Below, one piece after another: positions 35,376 to 44,975 of a stretch of 64,000 nucleotides of DNA; position 1 is the stretch's first letter, and each line of letters opens with the position of its first letter. The notes under the pieces were generated by a model that did not search any database, was not told the origin of the DNA, and worked only from the letters and a program-made list of their open reading frames with translations. Origin of the DNA: Bacteroidota bacterium (lineage in GTDB: Bacteria > Bacteroidota > Ignavibacteria > Ignavibacteriales > Ignavibacteriaceae); the NCBI GenBank assembly GCA_023453665.1, contig JAEXTA010000089.1, positions 64,846-128,845 on the forward strand. The letters run 5' to 3'. The translations under genes were made by a program, and so were the position numbers.

Positions 35376-36208
35376 AAATTATTTGTATTAAATGTGTTTC
35401 CCTGGTTTATATCTCCGGTTGTAAAACCTTTATAGAACCATTTCTTTCTTTGCTCAGATGTCCCATGTGTAAAAGATTCAGGAACAACATAACCCTGCGA
35501 GCTTTTTTGAATGCGATCATCGCCGACAGCACTTGCAGCGTTCAATGCTTCTTCAAGATCACCTTCATCAAGCAGATCTAGTCTTTCTGTGTAATGAGCC
35601 CAAACTCCTGCATAAAAATCAGCCTGAAGTTCAAGCCGTACAGAATACTTGTTATACTCTTGTTCACTAACCCTTGAACGAAGCTGGTTCATTTTATCCA
35701 TTGTTCCGGTTAAGTTCTGTATATGATGTCCAACTTCATGAGCAATTACATACGCCATTGCAAAATCACCAGGCGCTTTAAATTTCTGCTGAAGCTCATT
35801 ATAAAAACTTAAGTCAATATAAAGTTTTTCGTCCGCCGGACAGTAAAACGGACCCGTTGATGAACCTGCAACTCCGCAGGCGGATTCTACTTTTCCGCTG
35901 TATAAAACCAAAATTGGTTTTCTGTATGTTTCACCTTGTTCACTGAAAATTTTATCCCATACATTTTCAGTTTCTGCAAGAACAACAGAAACAAATTGAG
36001 CAAGTTCTTTATCCTCGGCGCTTTCTGTGTAGTTTGAGCTTCCTGTATCAGAAGAAACATTTTGAAGAATTGAAGTTGGATCACCGCCTAGCAGAAGTAC
36101 AACAATAACAATTGCAATTGTGCCTATTCCTCCGCCTACCATACCTTTGGGAGATAATCCTCTTCTATCTTCAACGTTTGAACTTTGTCTTCTTCCCTGC
36201 CAGCGCAT
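35372..36208 (-). CDS. YpfJ-type neutral zinc metallopeptidase (PF04228-like)
   Basis: Canonical N-terminus MRWQGRRQSSNVEDRRG, a TM segment, and HExxH (IAHEVGHHIQN). Confidence 0.85.
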   Translation of the reverse strand: MRWQGRRQSSNVEDRRGLSPKGMVGGGIGTIAIVIVVLLLGGDPTSILQNVSSDTGSSNYTESAEDKELAQFVSVVLAETENVWDKIFSEQGETYRKPILVLYSGKVESACGVAGSSTGPFYCPADEKLYIDLSFYNELQQKFKAPGDFAMAYVIAHEVGHHIQNLTGTMDKMNQLRSRVSEQEYNKYSVRLELQADFYAGVWAHYTERLDLLDEGDLEEALNAASAVGDDRIQKSSQGYVVPESFTHGTSEQRKKWFYKGFTTGDINQGNTFNTNNL

Positions 36209-36317
36209 ATTATTTCCTTTCGTTTATTAAAAGAAATTATCCGGGTGAAAAAATCGAACCGCTTTAATTTAGTTAATAGACAATTAAACTAAAATTTTAT
36301 GAGCTGATTTGTTACAA

Positions 36318-36349
36318 ATAAAAAGCGGACATTAAATTATGTCCGCTTT
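36318..36349 (-). terminator. Rho-independent terminator after the giant T9SS gene pair
   Basis: 11-bp stem AAAGCGGACAT / ATGTCCGCTTT with a 6-nt loop, followed by a T5 run on the minus strand. Confidence 0.75.
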
Positions 36350-36395
36350 AACAAGAAGATGAATTTAATACAGTTAACTCTTCAAAACATAATTT

Positions 36396-39300
36396 CTATT
36401 TTATCAGAATCATCTTCTTAGTTTCAACGAAACTTCCAGCCTGCAGTTTATAGAAATAAATTCCACTTGCTAAACCGGAAGCATTAAAACTGACCATGTA
36501 AACTCCTCTGTCTTTTTCTTCATTAACGAGCGTTGCAACTTCATTGCCGAGTATATCATAAACCTTCATTGTTACATTGCTTCTTTGCGGAATTGAAAAC
36601 TGAATTGTTGTTACAGGATTGAAAGGATTGGGATAATTTTGTGCAAGGTGGAAGTTGTCTGGTGAAAGCAGAGAACCTCCATCTTTAATTCCCGTTATTT
36701 CATTTTTGAGTGAGAGTGTATCGTCAGTTGTTCCGTCATTGCCGATATCGACTAATATCTTAACAGGCTGGTTTTGAAGATCATTCCAGTCGGGGACAAT
36801 CTGATGAGAAGAGTTTTCTGCAAGATTAATATTACTATTACTGAACTTATAATTACCCAACGAAGATACATATCTGATTTCAAGTTCATAATTTTTCTCA
36901 TCACCATGATTTTTTAGCAGAATATTTTCACGGTTCAGTTCACTTAAATTTATTGAATCATTCTGCACAGCCTCTAAATCTTTAACAACAAAAACTCTTT
37001 CGCTGCTGAATGAGTCGAGTATCACCTGAAGATTTAAATTCTTTTCTGAAACATCAGGAGAGAACAACGTGAGATTATTGTTTAATGTTATCTGATCAGT
37101 CTGATTTAATTCAGCATCCTCTCTTGAGTAAATATAGATTGTTGAATCTTTTATAAATGAAATAAAGGCGGAAGACGAATCAAAATGACTGAGATTAAGT
37201 TTATAAGATTCATTTGGAACGAAATAGCTTATCGGCGGATGATCCCTGCCAATTTTGGGTATTACAGGAATTGCACCGGGTATTGAATTAAAGCTAACAC
37301 CGCTGCTGTATCCAATTGAATCTCCCAATGAATTTACGATACTGATATTATTAGATATATCACTTCCTATTAAAGTTGTCCCCTCAAAAAAGGGTGATCC
37401 AGAAGGTGCAGTAAGTTTTCCCAGAACAGGCGAAGTAAAATATTTTACAGCCGGAATCTCTAAATAAAACCTGTTATTTCCTGTAGGCCAGTTTAATCCA
37501 AGATATTCATCCCAGGTATTATTTAATGAATCAATTTCTAAAAATGCATTATCATTTCCGGGATTGTTGCTGTCATAAACATATATTTGAAAAAGATTTC
37601 CAAAACGCTCCAGTTTATATGGAACTACTGTATGCCCGCCGCTTCCGCCAACATTGAAGAAGCTAATAGCTTTCACTGAGTCCGGAGTTTCCATTTTAAA
37701 AAGATCTTTTAGTTCCTGTAGTGTTTGACGAGGAGTTTTATTTCGGCTTGCAAGATAGTTCTCAACATCTGCTTGTCCATACTGATGCGTAAAATATCCG
37801 TTTATTGCTTTTCGGGAAGTTGTGTTAATAAATAAATCATAAAGATTAGTGAAGTTTGGAATACCGGGATGTCTTGATAAAAACTCATCCTTAAAAGCAA
37901 ACGCAAGTAAACTGGACGTAGCAAATCCATAACAGGAGCCACCCCAGACATCTTTAATATTTCTCCATTTTATTGCTGCACTGCTTTTTGGTATTCCTTC
38001 ATTAATCCAGTAAGTCTGGTTTACACCAAACTGCTCAACGAATAATTGCCAGTCGGGAAAATCCTTCGACACCGCAGACATAGGTGGATTTACAAAATAT
38101 GATGGATATGGGTTTCCGGTAATGTTATCAATTCCTGAATAATCAAACTGGCTCCACCATACATTCGGCCAGATATCTGTAGTATCATTTTGCATTTGCC
38201 ACCCATCTTCTGATGGTAAAAATGCTTCATAAGTTGAATCACTTTTTATTCTTGTAATTACATACGGTTTAATTCTGAATACACCGCTTTTTACATTAAT
38301 ACTTGTATCGTTTGCATCTTGAATTTTTATTATACATTTACGCGAAAGAATTGTATCAGGAATTTCCCAGATATATTTCCCTGAATCGGTAAAATAATTT
38401 TCAACAATTGGAGTGAATTCTCCGCTGCCATTATCATAATTAATACTTAGATAAATATTTACTGAATCTACACCCGCCCATTTAATCGTATCGGTTTCAC
38501 CGGCAATGAATAAATTACCAGCCGAAGGTTTTATAAAAGATAGCGAAGAAGTAATATTAATTGGTCCAAGTATTTCTTCAGCACCCGGTGCAGTAATTCT
38601 AATGTATGCACTATCTGTATTTATATTTGGTATGTTCCAGGAATACCAACCATGACCTGTATGCTCACCATTTAAATGCATAACAGGCGCATTGTCAATA
38701 AACATAAAGGAGCTTCCATCAGCACTCCACTCCAGAGTTACATCTCCGTTTATACCCGAAGCACTCCAATGGATTTCAAGTTGATTTCCACCCTGAACAG
38801 AGTATTGATATATTTTACCGGCTATACCTATGGTACAATCATTAGTAGTACGCAGAACACGTGTAAAAGATCCTTCATAACCAGCAATAGCAAAGCCGTC
38901 ATTACTTATAAGAGTAACCGTTCCATCTGATCCATCGGGGAGAAGATCATCGAATATCACGGGGATAAGGTTAGGATGAAGTCCGCTTTGAATAAGAATA
39001 TCATAAAAATTTGTAACAGAACTTCCCGACCACCAAACATATTTGGTTGTATATCCCGGGGGGCGACGCTGATATGCAAGGATTGACCCATTATCCGTTA
39101 CAAATAAACCTTCGTCATCCGGATCACTTCCGGGCATTATTTCCACGCTGCCATTTGACCAACGGAATGCGAATACATCATTCTGGGAGTCCCAGAAATA
39201 TCCTGTGGTATATAAACCATTACCTGATATATCATTAATTCTGACTGTTACATTCTCAAATCCCTCCATTGATTCCCAAACGCCCGAAGATGCTTTCCAG

Positions 39301-39842
39301 ATAACCGGTTGATTATTTTCAAGCCCCACACGTGTGTTCCCATCGTTGGAAATTGCTCTGAGATTTAAAGCTGGTGCACCCGCAGTTTGCCATCCATTTG
39401 ATGATGTCCAGATATACCCCCTCCCCTGATTTTGTGAATTTACAAGGTTTGCAAAAACCGACCCGCTATTACTAACTCCAACAACATTGTAACCAGATAA
39501 GTTTGGAGGGAATGGCATTGGCAGAATATTTCCGGTTTCTGTCTCCCAGCGATTCCAGTTACCTGAAACGAGTAAAACATAATTTCCATTTTCAGATACA
39601 GCAATTGGTTGTCCATTAGATACCGAAGTAGTTTTTAATCCGGTTGAAACAGAATAATAGTACACATGGCTGCCGCTGGAACTATAGCCTCTACCGACAT
39701 AACCCTTACCATTGCTGGTAATAAAATCTAATGATTGAAATTCAATAAATTCATCAATTAGTGCGCGAACATCTTCTATACATTGCGAAAATGATGTGTT
39801 GATTAAAAAAAATGCAAAAAAAGTTGTTAATATTTTTTTCAT
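36396..39842 (-). CDS. Giant T9SS-sorted protein with a conserved Cys/His/Asp core of unassigned family
   Basis: Signal peptide and C-terminal NYPNPFNPVTTIQF...KKMILIK. The central region is shared with 39880..43017 (FRIKPYV.TR, WGGSC(Y/F)G, GG.GGH, VYD(S/N)). Confidence 0.85.
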   Translation of the reverse strand: MKKILTTFFAFFLINTSFSQCIEDVRALIDEFIEFQSLDFITSNGKGYVGRGYSSSGSHVYYYSVSTGLKTTSVSNGQPIAVSENGNYVLLVSGNWNRWETETGNILPMPFPPNLSGYNVVGVSNSGSVFANLVNSQNQGRGYIWTSSNGWQTAGAPALNLRAISNDGNTRVGLENNQPVIWKASSGVWESMEGFENVTVRINDISGNGLYTTGYFWDSQNDVFAFRWSNGSVEIMPGSDPDDEGLFVTDNGSILAYQRRPPGYTTKYVWWSGSSVTNFYDILIQSGLHPNLIPVIFDDLLPDGSDGTVTLISNDGFAIAGYEGSFTRVLRTTNDCTIGIAGKIYQYSVQGGNQLEIHWSASGINGDVTLEWSADGSSFMFIDNAPVMHLNGEHTGHGWYSWNIPNINTDSAYIRITAPGAEEILGPINITSSLSFIKPSAGNLFIAGETDTIKWAGVDSVNIYLSINYDNGSGEFTPIVENYFTDSGKYIWEIPDTILSRKCIIKIQDANDTSINVKSGVFRIKPYVITRIKSDSTYEAFLPSEDGWQMQNDTTDIWPNVWWSQFDYSGIDNITGNPYPSYFVNPPMSAVSKDFPDWQLFVEQFGVNQTYWINEGIPKSSAAIKWRNIKDVWGGSCYGFATSSLLAFAFKDEFLSRHPGIPNFTNLYDLFINTTSRKAINGYFTHQYGQADVENYLASRNKTPRQTLQELKDLFKMETPDSVKAISFFNVGGSGGHTVVPYKLERFGNLFQIYVYDSNNPGNDNAFLEIDSLNNTWDEYLGLNWPTGNNRFYLEIPAVKYFTSPVLGKLTAPSGSPFFEGTTLIGSDISNNISIVNSLGDSIGYSSGVSFNSIPGAIPVIPKIGRDHPPISYFVPNESYKLNLSHFDSSSAFISFIKDSTIYIYSREDAELNQTDQITLNNNLTLFSPDVSEKNLNLQVILDSFSSERVFVVKDLEAVQNDSINLSELNRENILLKNHGDEKNYELEIRYVSSLGNYKFSNSNINLAENSSHQIVPDWNDLQNQPVKILVDIGNDGTTDDTLSLKNEITGIKDGGSLLSPDNFHLAQNYPNPFNPVTTIQFSIPQRSNVTMKVYDILGNEVATLVNEEKDRGVYMVSFNASGLASGIYFYKLQAGSFVETKKMILIK

Positions 39843-39879
39843 TTGATTCTCTTTTTTATAAAAAATTATTTGAATCCTA

Positions 39880-42800
39880 CTAACGGAGTAAAATCATTTT
39901 CTTAACTTGACTAAAAGTACCAGCCTGAATTTGATAGATGTAAATTCCGCTTGCTAAATTTGCTGCATCAAAAGTAATTGAGTAAACGCCTCTTTCTTTT
40001 TCTTCATTAACAAGAGTAGTTACTTCTTTTCCAAGTATGTCATATACTTTAAATGTAACATTGCTTCTTTGAGGGATTGAATATTGAATTGTTGTTACAG
40101 GATTAAAAGGATTGGGATAATTCTGAGCAAGATTATAACCGTCCGGGGAAAGAAGTGAGCTTTCATCTTTAATTCCTGTTACTTCATTTTTGAGTGAAAG
40201 AGTATCGTCAATTATTCCATCGTTCCCTATATCAACCAGTATCTGTAGTTCCGTATTTGATAAAGTCGTCCACTCAGGAATGAATGTATGTGATGTATTT
40301 CCGGTAAGTTGAATATCAAAAGAACCAAATCTTCCTACACCATTTTCTGTTATATAGTTAAGTTCTACATCATAGTGTTTAGCAGAACCATAAGAAATGA
40401 GCTTTACCTTATTACTGTCGGGGTTTTCAATCTTTACAGAATCGTTTTGTGCAAGCTCAAGTGATCTTATAACGGTTAATTTCTCCTGCGTTGTCTCATT
40501 AATAAGATTTAGCAGTTTAATAGTTTTAGTTTGTGCATCAGGATTTGTAATGGAAATTCCGCCATCAAAAAACAATTTGTCGGTTTCATTTTGTTCTGCG
40601 CCATATCTTTCATAAGAAAATGATTTGCTGCCGGTGAAGAAAAAAACTTCTATCGTATCTTCAGTAAATCCATCCAGGTTTACTGAATAATTATCTGTTG
40701 TTAAAGAATAACCATAAGGAGGTGTTTCACTGCCATTATCAACAATAAGCGGTGAAGAATTGGGAATATCATTCAGAATATTATTGTTGATGAATCCTGT
40801 TATATTTCCAAAACTATCTGTAATCTGAACAGATGCATTTACAGGATTAAATATCTGCAATAGTGTATCTTCGAGAATGAATGGAGAGTTTTGTTTACCA
40901 CCCTTACTCATAGTAGGAATGTTTAAATAATCGATTGCAGGATCTCTAAGATAAAATTTACCGTCTCCACCCCACCCGGGCCAATCAGGATTATCCCAGC
41001 TTCCTATTCCTCCATTTGCAGATGTATCAATCACAATCCTGTTAATTGAATCCGGATAAGAGTTATCATAAACTTTTACATAAAAAATATTTGGATTAAC
41101 GCCATCTTTTTCTAATCCATAAGCTAAAATTGCATGTCCGCCTCCACCTCCATTATTATTAAAACTCAAAGTTCTGACTTGTGCATTATCATCCTTAAAC
41201 ATATCGATTAATTCTATAAGTGTTTCCTTAGGAGTTTTGTTAAGCCCAATAGTTCGCCTATAATTCAGATGAGGGTTCCCTTTCTGATGTGTGTACAATT
41301 CATTAATAACTTTTTTAACACCTTCATTTGAAGCAACTGTAAGGGGGTTTACAAAATTGGGAAACTCGGGATATTTAGTTCTGAAAGCATTTTTATCCCG
41401 GAATGCCAGAGCATTTGCAATTGCAATTCCGAAACAGGAACCTCCCCAGGGATCTCTCCATGCTTTCCATTTGAGAACCGCATCTGACTTATATATTCCA
41501 AGAAATGTACTGTAATAACAAGCATCTGCTGTGAAAGTATTTACCCAGGAAATCCAATCGGGATGATTAGCGATATTTGCATTTACAAATGTTCCATCTG
41601 CCTGCCAACGCGAATACTGGCTTCCGGTGAAAGGGTCTATTCCATTATAATCAAACTGCAGCCACCATTGCGGAGGCCACATATGTTCAATTGCATTTTC
41701 AAATCCCCATTGGTCTCTGTTCTTTCTATAATCATAATAAGTCGAATCAATATTTACTCTTGTTAGTACATATGGTTTGATTCTGAAAATTCCACTTTCA
41801 ATTGTTTCAGAAATATTATCAGCATTTTCAACTATAATTTTTGTTCTGTATGAAAACAGATTATCCGGGATATCCCAATCAAAACTAAATTGATTTAAAG
41901 GCGTACCTTGTGCAATTATAATTTCTCCTTGCAATGGAGTACCGACATTTGTTATGCACTTAATGTTGACTGCATTCCAGTTTGGTCCTGTCCATGAAAT
42001 TGTGTAAGTCTCACCTGAAATCCTTTTAACATAAGGCGAGGGTCTTCCTATTCCTGAGATTATTTCTCCGGGATTTAAAAGCCAGGCACCTCCACCTCCA
42101 ACAATCTGGTTTAGATTATTAATACTATTTGCCTGCACCAACGGCAATGAAGTCGTTAATGTATTAAGATCGGTCATTACACCATTTTCCCAGATAAAAG
42201 CTTTTGTAGTTCCGTTGGCATCTTCCGAGTATCCAACTACCTGACCTAAATCATTGATACCTTGTGCTACACTATTATTACCACCAAGAGTTCCAAGATC
42301 GGTTATAATACCATTTTCCCACATAAATGCTTTAGCTTGTCCATTCACGTCAACGTATGATCCGACAATTTTTCTATCACTATTAATATCATTTGCTTCT
42401 CCACGCAAATTTCCGAGACCGATCATTTGACCATTATCCCAGAGGAAAGGTCTTTGAACCTGATCGGTATCTCTTGCAGTACCTACGACTTGTCCTGAAT
42501 TATTAATTGCATAAGCCCAGCTTTCATAACCACCAAGGGTACCAAGAAATCTAAGGCTGTCGCCTTCAAATATGAACGCCCTTTTGTTGGGATGCTGCAA
42601 AGTATCTGCAACCCCGACTACTTGTCCTGAGTTATTAATATCATAAGCTAAACTATTTGGTCCACCGAAAGTACCTATCTCAGTCATATTTCCATTCTCT
42701 AAAATAAACGCACGGCTAAAGTTATTTGTATTGGCAAAACCCACTATTTGTCCTGCATCATTAATAGCAAATGCGCCGCTGTTGGGACCGCCCAAAGTAC

Positions 42801-43017
42801 CAAGGTCTGTCATTGTACCATCCTCCCATAAGAAAGCGCGGGTTCTATTATCCGGGTAGCTTGCCTGACCGACAACCTGACCCTGGTTATTAATGTCATT
42901 AGCAGAGCCCATACTTCCTCCAAAAGTTCCGATATTTATAAACTCGTATTGAGTCTGTGCAAGACCAGAGACTGCCGTTAGAAAAGAGAATAAAGCGATT
43001 ACAACCATTTTATTCAT
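39880..43017 (-). CDS. Giant T9SS-sorted protein: HAF-type extracellular repeats + the same Cys/His/Asp core
   Basis: Signal peptide. About 6-7 HAF-family-like repeats (..AF.WE.G.M.DLGTLGG..S.A..IN..GQVVG). Central core and last ~120 aa are homologous to 36396..39842. C-terminal NYPNPFNPVTTIQY...KKMILLR. Confidence 0.85.
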   Translation of the reverse strand: MNKMVVIALFSFLTAVSGLAQTQYEFINIGTFGGSMGSANDINNQGQVVGQASYPDNRTRAFLWEDGTMTDLGTLGGPNSGAFAINDAGQIVGFANTNNFSRAFILENGNMTEIGTFGGPNSLAYDINNSGQVVGVADTLQHPNKRAFIFEGDSLRFLGTLGGYESWAYAINNSGQVVGTARDTDQVQRPFLWDNGQMIGLGNLRGEANDINSDRKIVGSYVDVNGQAKAFMWENGIITDLGTLGGNNSVAQGINDLGQVVGYSEDANGTTKAFIWENGVMTDLNTLTTSLPLVQANSINNLNQIVGGGGAWLLNPGEIISGIGRPSPYVKRISGETYTISWTGPNWNAVNIKCITNVGTPLQGEIIIAQGTPLNQFSFDWDIPDNLFSYRTKIIVENADNISETIESGIFRIKPYVLTRVNIDSTYYDYRKNRDQWGFENAIEHMWPPQWWLQFDYNGIDPFTGSQYSRWQADGTFVNANIANHPDWISWVNTFTADACYYSTFLGIYKSDAVLKWKAWRDPWGGSCFGIAIANALAFRDKNAFRTKYPEFPNFVNPLTVASNEGVKKVINELYTHQKGNPHLNYRRTIGLNKTPKETLIELIDMFKDDNAQVRTLSFNNNGGGGGHAILAYGLEKDGVNPNIFYVKVYDNSYPDSINRIVIDTSANGGIGSWDNPDWPGWGGDGKFYLRDPAIDYLNIPTMSKGGKQNSPFILEDTLLQIFNPVNASVQITDSFGNITGFINNNILNDIPNSSPLIVDNGSETPPYGYSLTTDNYSVNLDGFTEDTIEVFFFTGSKSFSYERYGAEQNETDKLFFDGGISITNPDAQTKTIKLLNLINETTQEKLTVIRSLELAQNDSVKIENPDSNKVKLISYGSAKHYDVELNYITENGVGRFGSFDIQLTGNTSHTFIPEWTTLSNTELQILVDIGNDGIIDDTLSLKNEVTGIKDESSLLSPDGYNLAQNYPNPFNPVTTIQYSIPQRSNVTFKVYDILGKEVTTLVNEEKERGVYSITFDAANLASGIYIYQIQAGTFSQVKKMILLR

Positions 43018-43030
43018 TGTATTATTCCAT

Positions 43031-43372
43031 TTAAGTTTTAAATATTTCTTCTATTCTTTCCAGGTTGTCTTTATTAACAAATTCTATCGCCCCGGATCTT
43101 ATTGATGCTTCAATAATTCTTTTGTCATTGAATTGCGATACGATTATTATTTTTGCTTCAGGATGATTTGTTTTTATTTCACGCATTGCTTTTAATCCAT
43201 CCATTTTTTTCATCTTGATGTCCATTAAAACCCAATCAGGTTTAAATTCTTTATATGTTTTGATCGCATCATCGCCATCTTCACATTCATTGATTTCAGT
43301 AAAATGCTCAACACACAATCTTTTTAAGATTGAGCGCATAACGGGATTATCATCTGCAATCAGGAGTTTCAT
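43031..43372 (-). CDS. Single-domain response regulator (CheY-like receiver)
   Basis: MKLLIADDNP start at the ATG at 43372 (the track's TTG at 43402 adds 10 aa). Receiver Asp in VLMDIKMKKMDG and conserved K in the KIIIVSQ region. The stop is 13 nt before the start of 39880..43017. Confidence 0.85.
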   Translation of the reverse strand: MKLLIADDNPVMRSILKRLCVEHFTEINECEDGDDAIKTYKEFKPDWVLMDIKMKKMDGLKAMREIKTNHPEAKIIIVSQFNDKRIIEASIRSGAIEFVNKDNLERIEEIFKT

Positions 43373-43470
43373 TTTTTTATTATTAATTTTGACTTGCTTC
43401 AATTTGGTTTGGTAATATTGAAAGTTAAATGAGTAATACCCCTTAATTTTATAGGTAGAAACCCCTAGAA

Positions 43471-43505
43471 GATGGAAGATGGTTGATGGAAAATGGAAGA
43501 CGGGA
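43471..43505. repeat. Five tandem heptamers (GATGGAA-like)
   Basis: GATGGAA GATGGTT GATGGAA AATGGAA GACGGGA in the intergenic region between the two response-regulator genes. Confidence 0.7.
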
Positions 43506-43625
43506 AAAAGTCGGCAGTTTTCAGTAAGCAGTAGTTATAATTTATTTTCTAAATGTTCCCGCCTTGCGGGATTTAATTGTTGGGATAATTTTGTTCAGCA
43601 TTTTAGCAAACAGATAATTTAATAA

Positions 43626-44282
43626 TTAAAGAAGGGCTTTGTTCGTTATCGCAAATTTCACAAGGCTATGAGCGCCATGAAGATTAAGTTTTTTTGAAAT
43701 GTTTGTTCTGTGGTTATCAACAGTTTTGGTGCTAATAAAAAGTTCTTCGGCAATTTCTTTTGTAGTCTTTTCTTCAGCTATAAGTTTTAAAATTTTTCTT
43801 TCCATTTTTGTCAGATCCTCTATTGATGGACACGACTGTATCAGATCTTTATTTTTCTTTTCTCTTTTTAAAAGTAAATGTGATAGTGCCGGGCTTATAT
43901 AATGGATTCCGTCAGCAACTTTCTTTATACAGTCAACGATATCATCAATGGCATTTTCTTTTAATACAAATCCCATAGCTCCGGCATTCATTGCAAAGTT
44001 GAACATTCTTTCATCATTATACATTGTGATAAAAACTATGCGGGTTTGTATTTCGTACTCTTTTAATTTTCCTATAATTTCCAACCCGCTTAGGCCAGGC
44101 ATTTCAACATCGAGAGTTGCAATGTCAAAATTATTTTTTCTCAATAATTCTAATGCTTCAATTCCGTTTTTCGCTTCAGTAATTTTTTCAACTTCAGGCA
44201 TCTGAACCAATACTGAGTTCAATCCCTGTCTTATAATAGGATGATCATCCGCAATCAATATTTTAATTTTTTTGTTTATCAA
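43626..44282 (-). CDS. NarL/FixJ-family response regulator (REC + LuxR HTH)
   Basis: KILIADDHPI, DVEMPGLSG and a C-terminal LuxR HTH (LTKMERKILKLIAEEKTTKEIAEELFISTKTVDNHRTNISKKL). TTG start. Confidence 0.9.
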   Translation of the reverse strand: MINKKIKILIADDHPIIRQGLNSVLVQMPEVEKITEAKNGIEALELLRKNNFDIATLDVEMPGLSGLEIIGKLKEYEIQTRIVFITMYNDERMFNFAMNAGAMGFVLKENAIDDIVDCIKKVADGIHYISPALSHLLLKREKKNKDLIQSCPSIEDLTKMERKILKLIAEEKTTKEIAEELFISTKTVDNHRTNISKKLNLHGAHSLVKFAITNKALL

Positions 44283-44347
44283 AACAGTATCTAAAAGAAT
44301 TCTAAATTACCGATGAGAGTTCCTTATTATTTATTTACTTAATTTTT

Positions 44348-44430
44348 GGCTAAAGCCGTAATTATTTATTTTCTTAACCCGACTTAAAAGTCGGGGCAAT
44401 TAGTAGTTGCCCCGAACTTTAGTTCGGGGA
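44348..44430. repeat. REP-like repeat (left flank) with two hairpins
   Basis: GGCTAAAGCCGTAATTATTTATTTTCTTAACCCGACTTAAAAGTCGGGG followed by the second hairpin CCCCGAAC-TTTA-GTTCGGGG. Confidence 0.7.
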
Positions 44431-44464
44431 TTTATATTAAATAATAATTTTGACTTTAGTCAAA

Positions 44465-44899
44465 TCAGTCTTTTACAATATCAAAACCATACTTTTTAAT
44501 AAACACATCAAATTCTTCCATAAATGTCTTTTCCTTATGATGTTCTTCCTGGTTATTTATATAATCTATGACTTTTTCTACAATTGATTTCGCAACTGAT
44601 ACAGCTATATAATCATCCTGCCATTCAAATTTTCCCCGGATTAATTTGTTTTTATTAATCCAAAACGAAGATTCTCCTTTTATTAACTGTGCTACTTTGC
44701 TAATAGTTTGGTCATTACCCAAGGAAAGAAGAATATGAATATGATCAGCTGTACAATTCATACAAATAATAAAAATATTTTTTGAAACAGAGTTTTCTTT
44801 AATGTGAGCTAATAATTTCTGTTTAAGTTCCTTTGTTATAATTTTTTCTCTATTCTTTGTAGAGAAAATTAAATGAACAAGAATTTTTATATATGGCAT
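44465..44899 (-). CDS. IS200/IS605-like Y1 transposase (REP-associated tyrosine transposase-like)
   Basis: The 144-aa size fits. HUH-like motif (ADHIHILLS), LIKGESS motif and WQDDYIAVSV (candidate catalytic Tyr), in the order seen in Y1_Tnp/RAYT proteins. Confidence 0.8.
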   Translation of the reverse strand: MPYIKILVHLIFSTKNREKIITKELKQKLLAHIKENSVSKNIFIICMNCTADHIHILLSLGNDQTISKVAQLIKGESSFWINKNKLIRGKFEWQDDYIAVSVAKSIVEKVIDYINNQEEHHKEKTFMEEFDVFIKKYGFDIVKD

Positions 44900-44920
44900 A
44901 ATTTTATGCTTTATTTATTG

Positions 44921-44975
44921 GTTAAAGCCGTACATGTTCTTTCTTGTTAACCCGACTTAAACGCCGGGGAAATTA
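44921..44975. repeat. REP-like repeat (right flank)
   Basis: GGTTAAAGCCGTACATGTTCTTTCTTGTTAACCCGACTTAAACGCCGGGG is roughly 80% identical by eye to 44348-44396 and in the same orientation. Confidence 0.7.

Larger units (their letters stand above)
44348..44975 (-). mobile_element. IS200-like/RAYT transposase gene with flanking REP-like repeats
   Basis: A Y1-transposase-like ORF bracketed by two ~50-nt homologous repeats that each end in a CCCGACTTAAA.G.CGGGG hairpin. It is inserted between the sensor kinase and its cognate-type regulator. Confidence 0.6.
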
